Positions 1 through 9,373 of a DNA stretch of 64,000 nt are shown here, in pieces. Made by a program: the position numbers and the translations under genes. Under the pieces are notes generated by a model, which did no database searches, was not told where the DNA came from, and saw nothing but the letters and a program-made list of their open reading frames with translations. Origin of the DNA: Thermaurantimonas sp. (GTDB lineage Bacteria; Bacteroidota; Bacteroidia; Flavobacteriales; Schleiferiaceae); NCBI RefSeq assembly GCF_046299575.1, contig NZ_JBKBHX010000006.1, positions 105,565-169,564 on the forward strand, written 5' to 3'. Each line of letters opens with the position of its first letter. The stretch's first letter is position 1.

Positions 1-1152
1 GGAGAAAAAAGGTTTATACCGCCATACACGATAGCGTACGTAGCCAGCCATAAGTTCATCCGATCCCTCGCCAGACAGTAATACACTGACATGTTTTTTT
101 GCAAGGCGTGAAATCGCAAGTAAGTGAGGATCATTATTGTGAATGAGTGGTTCATCATGATACCAGGACGAATCTTCAAGCGTTTTCAATAAATTTTCGT
201 CCTCAAGGCGAGTAGAGAAAAAAGGATACCCTAAAATTTCCGAAAAACTCCTGGCCAATGCAGATTCGTCATGAATTTTGTCATCAAAGCCAATATTAAA
301 ACAACTTACTTTAAAATTTTGCCGATAAAGCGAAGCAAGAACGCTACTGGAATCGAGTCCTCCACTTAATAAAACACCAACTGGAACATCGCTTACCATT
401 CTATACCTTACCGAATCCTGAAAGGTATTGTCAAACCATTCAAGAGGATTCTTTATGGTTTCATGCTGTCGCACGCGTTCTGAAAGATTCCACCAACGAG
501 TAAATGAAATCTTTCCATCTTTGCATGTAACAAAATGACCCGGAAGTAGTCGATTTACACCCTTAAATATTGTACTTTCGCCGGCTACGTATCGATATAT
601 AAGGTGTTCATCCCACTTCTTTTCATCGATTTCGAGTGGAACTCCAGCGGCAAAAAGCGCTTTTGGCTCAGAAGCAAAATATAAACTATTTTCAAAAATC
701 GTATAGTAGAGTGGCTTTACCCCCATGCGGTCACGGCAAAGAATTAATTTCTGTTCTAACTTATCCCAAACGGCAAATGCAAACATGCCGTTCAGTCTAT
801 GAAGTACATTTGGACCATATTCAATAATGAGATACAACAACACCTCCGTATCTGTAGAGGAATAAAGGTTATAACCTTTATTTATCAACTCCTTCCTAAA
901 TTCCGTAAAGTTGTAGATTTCACCGTTGTAAACGATGGTAAAACGCCCATCTGCTGAGTGAAAAGGCTGATGCCCTCTTTCAGATAAATCTAAAATAGAT
1001 AGACGACGGTGAGCAAATCCAATATTCGAATCGTGCTATATGCCGGAATCATCAGGTCCCCTGTGTGCAATACTGCGTTCCATTATATGAAGCAGCATAG
1101 GGTTAATGATTTTATCTATATCAAAATGAAATATTCCGGCAATTCCGCACAT
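1..1152 (-). pseudogene. AsnB-like glutamine-dependent amidotransferase, 5' part (3' end lies left of the window), with an in-frame TAG at codon 39
   Basis: Hand translation of the minus strand from the ATG at 1152..1150 gives MCGIAGIFHFD...RGPDDSGI, then TAG (1038..1036), then HDSNIGFAHRRLSILDLSERGHQPF...NGEIYNF...VLLSGGLDSSSV...LLSGEGSDELMAGY. The Cys2 Ntn-glutaminase start and the SGGLDSS PP-loop are asparagine synthase hallmarks. The frame is otherwise open down to position 1. It is absent from the ORF track because of the stop and the window edge. Confidence 0.7.
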
Positions 1153-1162
1153 AATAAATCTA

Positions 1163-2245
1163 TTATTTTTTTATACCTTGTAATACATTAGATTTTACAT
1201 CCATTCCTAAATCCATTAACAGAGCCAACCATTTTTCACTAACAACGTCTTCATCGTATTTTTTTACCAAATCCTTACCCCGTTTGACCATTTGAATTCC
1301 CAAATCTGGATTATTAATAATTCTTTCAACAGCTTCGGCCATTGCTTTTGAGTCTTCTGATGGAACTAAAAGTGCCTCATCATTTTGAATCAAATATGGA
1401 ATACCTCCGACATTGGTAGTAACAATAGGTAGGCCAAGTGCCATCATTTCGAGCAACGATACAGGCAAATTATCTATTCTGTTTGTGCATATATAAATGT
1501 CACATATTCTGGCAAAATGATTTTTCCCATGAATATTCAAAAAACCCGGAAATATCACATTATTTTCTAAACCCATCTCTGTGACCATTTCTTTGGTTTT
1601 TTTAAAATAACCGAGGTCAGATCCAGCCATATAAAGTTTGATTTCGGGATAAGTATTTTTTAAAAGTTTTATTGTCTCAAGAGCCATCTCCGGGTTATAA
1701 ATAGGATGAAACGACCTCATCCACAATAGATTTGGAAAAAATTGTGATTTTTTATTAAAATTATAGTTCTTTAAAGGCAACGTATTTTCAACCAAAATCA
1801 TATTAAGATTGAGGCTTGTCAAATTATTTATCAGATAAGCTGACGGACAAGTAATTATGGTACCTCGTTTCAATACACGATAGTACCATTTAGGTTTTAA
1901 TTTTACCTTGTCAGGTAATGCCCCGCCATGTAGCGTAAAGATGATTGTTTTACCCAGTAACTTTGCTAAAAAACTAGCAAAATCTTCAAGAATTAGCGCA
2001 AGTCCCCCATAAAACTGAACATTAACAATTTGGTATTTTTTTCGATGTCTTATAAGTGCAAATAATGTATCTATAAGTCGAGGGATTCTTGAAATATATC
2101 TTGAGTAGGCTAATACATGAACACCTCTCTTTTCAAGAATTCTTTTAAGCTCTTCAGCCTGAGAAGTTGATTTTTTACTTTCTGGTCCAAAGAAATTACC
2201 AACTATGAAAATTGTATTTTTTTTATTCTTCAGTTTTTTACAAAT
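1163..2245 (-). CDS. Glycosyltransferase family 4 (GT-B). The open frame extends 124 codons upstream of the tracked TTG but contains no ATG/GTG/TTG there.
   Basis: The track ORF 1163..1873 has a GT4 C-terminal domain (LPSLLEMMALGLPIVTTNVGGIPYLI-type EX7E region). My translation of 1874..2245 stays in frame (ICKKLKNKKNTIFIVGNFFGPESKKSTSQAEELKRILEKRGVHV...FTLHGGALP), which is a typical GT4 N-terminal half. An upstream stop lies at 2248..2246. Confidence 0.75.
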   Translation of the reverse strand: MCKKLKNKKNTIFIVGNFFGPESKKSTSQAEELKRILEKRGVHVLAYSRYISRIPRLIDTLFALIRHRKKYQIVNVQFYGGLALILEDFASFLAKLLGKTIIFTLHGGALPDKVKLKPKWYYRVLKRGTIITCPSAYLINNLTSLNLNMILVENTLPLKNYNFNKKSQFFPNLLWMRSFHPIYNPEMALETIKLLKNTYPEIKLYMAGSDLGYFKKTKEMVTEMGLENNVIFPGFLNIHGKNHFARICDIYICTNRIDNLPVSLLEMMALGLPIVTTNVGGIPYLIQNDEALLVPSEDSKAMAEAVERIINNPDLGIQMVKRGKDLVKKYDEDVVSEKWLALLMDLGMDVKSNVLQGIKK

Positions 2246-2279
2246 TTATTTTAACGATATTGTTTGTAAGAATACTTAT

Positions 2280-3677
2280 TTATATAATGGAATAGGTATT
2301 TTGATGACCTGTGTCTAATATTATAAAACCTAATCCATACATAAACATGGGAAGGGCAATTCGAGTAGCAGAATGTGCCATAAATAAAAAACAAAACAAA
2401 ACACCAGCAATCAGAATAACACGTTGCTCAAATTGCTTCCTTCGTTTAAATTCTTTAAAAGGAAAATAAATTAGAATTGTTAACGCAATCAATCCAAAAA
2501 TTCCGTGCTCAGCAGGCAATCTCGAAAATTCAATGTGAGCCGCAACCATATCGTGATATCCATATTCAAATCGCTTAACTGTACCTACTCCTGGTCCTAT
2601 TCCTAAAATAGGATTATCTAAAAAAATTTTTGAATCAATGAGAAGTATGTCTAATCTGCCTGAAGTATATTTACTAGCATCAACTTTCTCTCCATGACTT
2701 ATACCGATATAACGATTCAAAAGTGCGCCTTCCGTTAGTTTATCTACGTAGGTAAAAATACCATATCCTACTAAGGTTAATAAACCAGTTACAAAAACAA
2801 ATCTAATTATACTTTTCAATGAAGAAATTTTAGAGAAAGATAGGTATATGGATATTATCAGTAGAATTACTACAGGAGCAAAGATTCCTCCCCTGGAGAA
2901 AGTCAATAATCCTCTGTAGGTCAAAGCAGCTAATAATAAAAAAGCAAAAGGCCTCCATTTTGATAATGGCCATTTCATTAAAAAGCTGATTCCAATTATA
3001 AGTACACCGAGTCCAAGGCCTGAGGCCATTTGATTTGGACCATATCCGCTGGCAGCGAAGTTGGCACCAAATTCGAAATTTATCTCAGAAATGTTAGGGG
3101 TGCGAACAAAAAGCCAGGACAAGGTTGAAATTAATGGCAACAATATTTGTTGAAAAATTCGGATCAATTCACCTTCTTTTATCGTTCTTCGAAAAAAATA
3201 AAATGTAGAAACCGTTAAACACAACGGACCTGACAAATTGAAAGAAGCCATTTGTCTTGCATAATCAAAACTATCCCAATAGACCAAAAACAAGGTTGAA
3301 GGCAACAATAATATAAAATATATTAGTATTGGTCCTATTCCTTTTGGACGATAAACCTGAGCGAATAACCCATTGATTAAAATAAAAATTACAGCATACT
3401 TAGTTAGCTCGTGTGGAAGCCCCGACCTCGACATGCGAACGATCATTTCCATAGCTGCCATATAGGCGGCTGCCAGATGCGCCTGCCCGGCTATATTTTT
3501 AGTTTTATAAACCTTGTAAGTACCTTCATAAAATATTACATAAAGCACCCATAAAGGAACTAGTTGGGGATTTAAAGCTCCTACCAGGCCAAGTAAGACA
3601 TGTAGTAATGCCTTCCACTCAAAAGAGTAGCTGGCTGTTGGATTACTGTTTAAAGCAATACTTCTAGCTAAAGACAT
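2280..3677 (-). CDS. O-antigen polymerase/ligase family membrane protein (Wzy-like)
   Basis: 465 aa, about 10 or more hydrophobic segments, one larger loop. It sits among glycosyltransferases and a Wzx-like flippase. Confidence 0.65.
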   Translation of the reverse strand: MSLARSIALNSNPTASYSFEWKALLHVLLGLVGALNPQLVPLWVLYVIFYEGTYKVYKTKNIAGQAHLAAAYMAAMEMIVRMSRSGLPHELTKYAVIFILINGLFAQVYRPKGIGPILIYFILLLPSTLFLVYWDSFDYARQMASFNLSGPLCLTVSTFYFFRRTIKEGELIRIFQQILLPLISTLSWLFVRTPNISEINFEFGANFAASGYGPNQMASGLGLGVLIIGISFLMKWPLSKWRPFAFLLLAALTYRGLLTFSRGGIFAPVVILLIISIYLSFSKISSLKSIIRFVFVTGLLTLVGYGIFTYVDKLTEGALLNRYIGISHGEKVDASKYTSGRLDILLIDSKIFLDNPILGIGPGVGTVKRFEYGYHDMVAAHIEFSRLPAEHGIFGLIALTILIYFPFKEFKRRKQFEQRVILIAGVLFCFLFMAHSATRIALPMFMYGLGFIILDTGHQNTYSII

Positions 3678-3688
3678 TGGATAGGCTA

Positions 3689-4849
3689 TTATCGTGTGCT
3701 CATTCCGGCAGGGATTAAAATTTCCTGCTTTATTTTGTCGTGATAATGCCTAAAAGTGAATGCAGTAGCCATACTATGAGCTTCCAGGGCTATGGGTTTA
3801 AGGTTCCTAATTTTTAATATGTGCTCCAAGTCTTCTGCTAATTTACCTTGTTCCAACCTTTTTGGAGAAAGCAGAAATCCGTTTTCACCATGACGGATAT
3901 ATTGCCCAATGCTGGAAATATCGCTCACCACCGGTATGCAACCGTAATTGGCACCTTCGGCAATGACCTTGGGGAAACCTTCTGATTTTGAAGGAAGTAT
4001 AATGAGGTGGCATTGGGCCATAATTTGACCAACCTGAACCCGATCTAAATACCCGTGTAAATGAACCTCGAATGGCATAGATTCCATTTTTTGCTGCCAT
4101 TGTTGGCGTAGAGGTCCATTGCCTATCAAATGCAAGGATTCGATTCTCGTCCCTTTATACTGTATTAAAGCTTCCAATAACATGTCTGCTCCTTTGGCTT
4201 CAGAAAGATGGCCGACAAAGCAAACCTTCAGTGCTCCTTCATAACACTTTTTATTTAAGGCTTTTATTCCTTCCTGCCGTTCATCCTCATCCAAACAAGG
4301 GTTCTCAAAACTCAGGCAATGGGCCGGCTGCCCGGGCCAGCGACCGTTGATGGTTACTTTGCTCCATACTGCCTTTGACAACCACCAGCGCTGTAATCCG
4401 TAAAAAAAAGGAGGTTCTTCTTCCCCCCAATTTCCGGCATATTTGTGCCACCAGATTTTTTCTTGAAAAAAGAAAGATAATACTGCTGCAATAAACGCAG
4501 GACTGGAAGGCGCACGGGTATGTATCACGCGTTTTCCTCTTAATCGCTTCAGAATTTCCCAAGTCATGACAGGAGTCTGAAGCAATACACCGATTTTTTT
4601 TAGGAATGTATCTCCACCCGAACGCTTCAACAATACACACTTTACATAATCCGGTACGGGTTGCATTACAGGGTCATTCAGTAAATCAGGGCGATTGAAC
4701 CCAATCCACTCAATTGCGCCGAATAGTTCATGAAAAACCTCCAATTCCCGTACTACGGGACCAAAAGCATACACCTTTCCCTCTTTGAACACCATTGCTG
4801 TGTCTGTTACCATTAAGAAAGTAGTCCCTTTTGATAAATTTTTAGACAT
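3689..4849 (-). CDS. Glycosyltransferase, GT4-like
   Basis: 386 aa. The C-terminal region LIILPSKSEGFPKVIAEGANYGCIPVVSDISSIGQYI matches the GT4 EX7E sugar-donor region. Confidence 0.7.
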   Translation of the reverse strand: MSKNLSKGTTFLMVTDTAMVFKEGKVYAFGPVVRELEVFHELFGAIEWIGFNRPDLLNDPVMQPVPDYVKCVLLKRSGGDTFLKKIGVLLQTPVMTWEILKRLRGKRVIHTRAPSSPAFIAAVLSFFFQEKIWWHKYAGNWGEEEPPFFYGLQRWWLSKAVWSKVTINGRWPGQPAHCLSFENPCLDEDERQEGIKALNKKCYEGALKVCFVGHLSEAKGADMLLEALIQYKGTRIESLHLIGNGPLRQQWQQKMESMPFEVHLHGYLDRVQVGQIMAQCHLIILPSKSEGFPKVIAEGANYGCIPVVSDISSIGQYIRHGENGFLLSPKRLEQGKLAEDLEHILKIRNLKPIALEAHSMATAFTFRHYHDKIKQEILIPAGMSTR

Positions 4850-5877
4850 TCGTCGAAGTATTTGTCTTCAGAAAAATGAACTTCATAAAACTGTCTCATA
4901 GCAGACCCCAGCAACTGGCGATTTTGGGATAGCAAAAGCTGAATTCGCTTTATCCATTCCTCCGACTTGAAATTATCTATAATAAATTGAGGGAATTGTT
5001 TCTCCACCTGATAGGCAATCTCCCCCGTACGGTAAGACAAAAATGGAATACCTTGTGCCAAATATTCAATAAGTACAAGCGGTCCGGATTCGGATACAGG
5101 GGTATGAAGGGCCAAATCAAACTGATGAAGAAGCGGTTGAATATCCTTGCAATCGAATACAAACGTTACACAGTCATAAATACCAAATTGCCTAATTTGT
5201 GTCAGAAGTGAATCAAAATATAATTTATCAACAACTTGCCCCACAATGGTAAGTTTACACATTTGAAGGGATTTAATCAATAACAGAGCAAATTCAATAT
5301 TTTTAGGGCGACGAATGTTTGCTACAAGTATGAGCGAATAAAGCCGGTCAGGGGAAATATTGCGAATATTTTGTCGGAAAGGGTAGTCTTTAACGGTATT
5401 AGGCAATAAATGTACCTGTCGGGCAGGAACGCCAACTTTTTCTACTGCCCACTGGCATATTTTCCTGGATACCCCAATCAACTGCACCTTGGGATAGATG
5501 AGCCGTTGGTGCCATTTGACTGAAAGGTCTATTTCAATATTGCCAAAGTGCTCGTGAAAAAACAGAACTTTTTTCAAACCAAACAGCTGGAAAGCCAGAA
5601 ACACATAGCGAAGATTGTGCGAACTGTGCACATGTATGATTTCATACCCTTTAGCTATTTTCACCAGCCGATACATTATGATGGGGTTAAATTTCCATTT
5701 TCGGTTTAGGGCAATTACAGGAATTTCAGGCAGTAATTGCATTGCTAATGCTCCTGGTTCAAGTATGGTTAACACAGTTACTTCATGTCCCTTTCTTTTT
5801 TGAAGATTGGCCAATAGCACCAGTATTTTCTCAGCGCCACCTACAGCCAGGGTGTCAATGATTTGGAGGATTTTCAA
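4813..5877 (-). CDS. Glycosyltransferase family 4
   Basis: 354 aa. The N-terminus MKILQIIDTLAVGGAEK is a classic GT4 start. It overlaps the downstream gene within the operon. Confidence 0.75.
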   Translation of the reverse strand: MKILQIIDTLAVGGAEKILVLLANLQKRKGHEVTVLTILEPGALAMQLLPEIPVIALNRKWKFNPIIMYRLVKIAKGYEIIHVHSSHNLRYVFLAFQLFGLKKVLFFHEHFGNIEIDLSVKWHQRLIYPKVQLIGVSRKICQWAVEKVGVPARQVHLLPNTVKDYPFRQNIRNISPDRLYSLILVANIRRPKNIEFALLLIKSLQMCKLTIVGQVVDKLYFDSLLTQIRQFGIYDCVTFVFDCKDIQPLLHQFDLALHTPVSESGPLVLIEYLAQGIPFLSYRTGEIAYQVEKQFPQFIIDNFKSEEWIKRIQLLLSQNRQLLGSAMRQFYEVHFSEDKYFDECLKIYQKGLLS

Positions 5878-5889
5878 AAATTTACATGT

Positions 5890-6744
5890 TTAGAAATTGT
5901 CCGGAATAGGAGAATTTTCTGCCAAAAGGCTAAGTTTTTCAGGATAGGCTTCATGCTGCGGCATCAGCAACAGATGGCACCTGCCCCTGTGTTGAATCTG
6001 CTCCGGTGCTGTCAGTTCTGCAGCATCCCGCATATACCATGCACGGTAGCTGTTTCGCCGGCACCAGTGCAACACCAGACTTGCATTTTCTTTCATAGGC
6101 AACTCCGGTGGGCTATGCATTTCCACCATAAACCATGTTCTTTGCTGAGCGGCCAATTGGGTGGCGCCTTGTAGTACTTTGGCTTCGGCGCCTTCCACGT
6201 CTATTTTTACAAACTCGGGCAGCCAGCCGTATTTTCCCCATAAATCATCCAAAGTAATGGTCGGTACCAAAGTAGAAGCACCTATGGCTGCTGCAGTATG
6301 CGCATGGCCTTTGTACATACTTCCTGCCGCACCGGCGCCTACTGTAAAAAATTGCACTTTTTCATGGCTTCGTTCGCCTACAAATGCACATTCAAAAGTG
6401 CAGTGACCAGACCATCCATTGATAATTAAATTTTTCGCAGCTAAAGACAAAGCTTCCGGGTTAGCATCTACCAACAGCAACTGCTTGTCTCTGTTTTGAA
6501 TTTTAGCGTACAGGGCTGATTGGCCAATGTTGGCGCCAATATCGTAGATGAAGTGAAAATCCCCCATCAATCTAAATAACCAGGCGTCGTCTTTGTCTGG
6601 TTTAGTACGTATAGTACCTTTTATGGCTTTGAGTTGCCCCCCCCCCAATTTGTATTGTACTACCGGAAGTTCCGTTTTCCAATAGCGAGTTTTTAACCCG
6701 CTAAGGATTTTGTGCATTATGTTCATGTTGCTGTAGATATTCAA
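5890..6744 (-). CDS. FkbM-family SAM-dependent methyltransferase
   Basis: Motifs IYDIGANIGQSALY ... LLLVDANPEA ... FVKIDVEGAEAKVLQGA are typical of the FkbM family. It contains a G10 tract (6637..6646) near the 5' end. Confidence 0.8.
   Translation of the reverse strand: MNIYSNMNIMHKILSGLKTRYWKTELPVVQYKLGGGQLKAIKGTIRTKPDKDDAWLFRLMGDFHFIYDIGANIGQSALYAKIQNRDKQLLLVDANPEALSLAAKNLIINGWSGHCTFECAFVGERSHEKVQFFTVGAGAAGSMYKGHAHTAAAIGASTLVPTITLDDLWGKYGWLPEFVKIDVEGAEAKVLQGATQLAAQQRTWFMVEMHSPPELPMKENASLVLHWCRRNSYRAWYMRDAAELTAPEQIQHRGRCHLLLMPQHEAYPEKLSLLAENSPIPDNF
6637..6646. repeat. C10 (G10 on the coding strand) homopolymer inside the FkbM methyltransferase ORF
   Basis: Counted directly. It encodes the GGG of KLGGGQLK, about codon 33-36. 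The ORF is currently in frame. Confidence 0.9.
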
Positions 6745-8074
6745 TTTTTGCCCCTTCTTTTAACATTTTGTCGGCTATTCTCCAAGATTTAAAGACCTGC
6801 CAGCACACAAATGGAAAAAAAGGAAATACCAGTAAGCTACCAAACAAAAGCAAAATTGGTTGACGCTTAAATCGATATGGAATTAAAGAAGGAGGCACAC
6901 CTGTAAGTAAACTATGAATAGCAGCTTTATTTCCAAAATATTTTCTTGTAAGATACAACACACTCGGCACCGGCCTTGGTGCCAGCCAACTTTTTGGGCG
7001 GAAGCCATCCCAACTGCCCATTTGGCGAAGGCCACCTTCACCAACTTTTAAATGCAATCTTTTTGCGTAAGGATTAGACACATTTTTAAACCCTGCCAAA
7101 TAGGCTCTTAATCCAAATTCTCCATCCCCTTGTCTTTGTTTTTCAAATTGTCGATCAAATAGTCCCACTTTTTCAAAAACTCGGCGGTGAATCATCACAT
7201 TACCTGTATCTACCTGATCACCCCATCGAAAAAAACTGTAATTTTCCGGGATTTTGGCACCTACAGCAGAAATAGATACACCTGAAGATATTTCAGCATT
7301 AAAGTAATCCAGGCACTTAAGGTGTTGGCTGATCCAGTCGGGCGCTACACGAGAATCATCGTCAAAAAGCAGAAGATATTCCGCTCCCGATAATTTTATT
7401 GCTGTATTCCTCGCCAGCCACAAGGCTTTTTCCTCCTGCCGGATGAGTTTGAGGTCTAAATGAAACTGCTCATAAAATTCCGGCTGGAATGGCTCGGATT
7501 GATCCACAACGATGACCTCAAAGTTTTTGTAATATTGTTTTTCAAGATCATTTAGAGCATCTCTAAGATAGTGGTAGCGGTTTAGTGTGGGGATGATGAC
7601 CGAAACTTTTGGTGCACTTTTTAAAAGCCTGGATTCAAATTGTTGGAATGAATGTTCGTGAGGATAGACTTTTTCATATAAATCAATTCTCCTTACACGT
7701 AAATTTTTGATAAAAGCAGCAATTTCCTTTATTGGATTGTGTAATGTTAAAATGCGCAATGACAGAATATACCAACTCCAGAAAGGGTGAAAATATTTTC
7801 TGACAAAGCGATAATTATCACTTATAGTGGGCTTGATACCTTCAGTGTTTAGTTTTATGGTTGGATCTTGGAGTATAAAACCCTTGTTCCAGGCTTGGTA
7901 GGCGGCATCTATTTTGGTCACTTCGCGGCAACTATAGGCCAAGTCTAAGTTTAATAGAGTCTTATTACTGGTAGAAGACAACTTATCATAATCTGGGAAA
8001 TAAGGACAATCTCCTTCGTAAGGAAGATAATTATACCATACAGGCAATATGTATCTGATGAAAAGAAAAGGCAT
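6701..8074 (-). CDS. Glycosyltransferase family 2
   Basis: VSVIIPTLNRYHYLRDALNDLEKQYYKNFEVIVVDQS and LLLFDDDS (DXD-like) are GT2 hallmarks. There is a C-terminal hydrophobic tail. Confidence 0.8.
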   Translation of the reverse strand: MPFLFIRYILPVWYNYLPYEGDCPYFPDYDKLSSTSNKTLLNLDLAYSCREVTKIDAAYQAWNKGFILQDPTIKLNTEGIKPTISDNYRFVRKYFHPFWSWYILSLRILTLHNPIKEIAAFIKNLRVRRIDLYEKVYPHEHSFQQFESRLLKSAPKVSVIIPTLNRYHYLRDALNDLEKQYYKNFEVIVVDQSEPFQPEFYEQFHLDLKLIRQEEKALWLARNTAIKLSGAEYLLLFDDDSRVAPDWISQHLKCLDYFNAEISSGVSISAVGAKIPENYSFFRWGDQVDTGNVMIHRRVFEKVGLFDRQFEKQRQGDGEFGLRAYLAGFKNVSNPYAKRLHLKVGEGGLRQMGSWDGFRPKSWLAPRPVPSVLYLTRKYFGNKAAIHSLLTGVPPSLIPYRFKRQPILLLFGSLLVFPFFPFVCWQVFKSWRIADKMLKEGAKIEYLQQHEHNAQNP

Positions 8075-8140
8075 GTAGATGTACTCTAATAAAATTTAGA
8101 AAAGTTTTTTAGATGTTTGAATTAAAGAATAGCTGTGAAA

Positions 8141-9373
8141 TTACGAGTAAGAGCAAGTAGCTAAAGCATACTCATTAGCAAATATTCGACCTTGGCGTTC
8201 AAGTGTAAAATCCTTTAGAATTGTTTGGCGGGCCGACTGGCCAAGACGAAGTCGTAGCTCAAAAGATTGATAAAGCCGTGTAATAGCTTCTGCCAGTGCT
8301 GCAGGATTAAGAATAGGTACAATAAGCCCATTGTACTCATGAACAATAAGTTCTGACATCCCACCGGCGTCTGTACATACTATAGGCAGTTCCATTGCCA
8401 TTGCTTCCATTACGGCATTGCTTATTCCCTCGCTCAGGCTTGGGTGCACGAAAACTTGAGCCTGAGCAAGGAAATCACGTACGTGAAACTGATTTAGAGC
8501 ACCATGAAAGAACACGATCTCGCTTAAACCTAATTGATGGGCCAAAAACACTAACTTCTCTCGCTCTGGCCCTTCTCCTACTATATCAAGATGCAAATTC
8601 AAGTTCTTTTCATTCAAAATACGTATTGCTTGTATCAGTGTATCGAGTCCTTTTTTCCAGTGAAGACGTCCAACCGTTAAGATACGAAAAGGGATGCATC
8701 GCTCTTCATCTCGTTCCTTTTGCTGTTTAATTGTAGCATTATGGCCCTTTATAGGACTAAAGAGGGCTGGATCAATGGCAGGTCGATTAACGAATGCCTT
8801 AGAGCGGTCAAGCCCATAAGTCACACAAGTAGTGACCATATCGTCAGACACACAGTGCACGCGATCAACAACGTCGAATAACTCATTTAATTTTTTACGA
8901 CGTTCCAAGTCAAATAGTGGACGGATTTGTTCGGCATGTCCGCGACAACTCACATATAGTCTCGATTTTTTTTTTAAAAAGTTCATTAAAGGCAGATAAG
9001 CCACTCCGATACCTGAAAAAGAAAAATGTATTATATCAAAATTACAACCAGCGAAAGGGGTGTATAATTCCAAAATTTTAAAGCGATGTAATAAATCTGA
9101 ACATTTACATTGTCGCCATAATAAATAGAAACTTTCAAAATTTAGACAAAACGCGTAAATAATATGTAGGATGCGTTTAACTAAAGGATATGCAGAAGGT
9201 GCTGTCAGAACTCGTACTCGACCGATCAAATCTTGAGGAATTGATTCAGCCTGTTTTTTGTGAATTATAATTGTAACTTTGAAACCTAAGTCAGCCAATA
9301 AACGCACCTTGTTTACAATAAAAGACTCCGAGAGTGTTGGAAATGTATTAACGACAAGGGCTATACTGGTCAT
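8141..9373 (-). CDS. Glycosyltransferase family 4
   Basis: 410 aa. VFVHPSLSEGISNAVMEAMAMELPIVCTDAGGMSELI is the GT4 EX7E region. Confidence 0.8.
   Translation of the reverse strand: MTSIALVVNTFPTLSESFIVNKVRLLADLGFKVTIIIHKKQAESIPQDLIGRVRVLTAPSAYPLVKRILHIIYAFCLNFESFYLLWRQCKCSDLLHRFKILELYTPFAGCNFDIIHFSFSGIGVAYLPLMNFLKKKSRLYVSCRGHAEQIRPLFDLERRKKLNELFDVVDRVHCVSDDMVTTCVTYGLDRSKAFVNRPAIDPALFSPIKGHNATIKQQKERDEERCIPFRILTVGRLHWKKGLDTLIQAIRILNEKNLNLHLDIVGEGPEREKLVFLAHQLGLSEIVFFHGALNQFHVRDFLAQAQVFVHPSLSEGISNAVMEAMAMELPIVCTDAGGMSELIVHEYNGLIVPILNPAALAEAITRLYQSFELRLRLGQSARQTILKDFTLERQGRIFANEYALATCSYS

Noticed and set aside
1036-1038. TAG in the AsnB-like gene as programmed recoding (pyrrolysine or read-through)
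   Set aside because: Nothing in the window suggests pyl machinery or a recoding signal. A plain nonsense mutation or a sequencing error at a Tyr/Trp codon is the simpler explanation.
636-1191. Plus-strand ORFs 636..827 and 1009..1191
   Set aside because: They lie antisense inside a clearly recognisable AsnB-like minus-strand reading frame and have no motifs. They are shadow ORFs.
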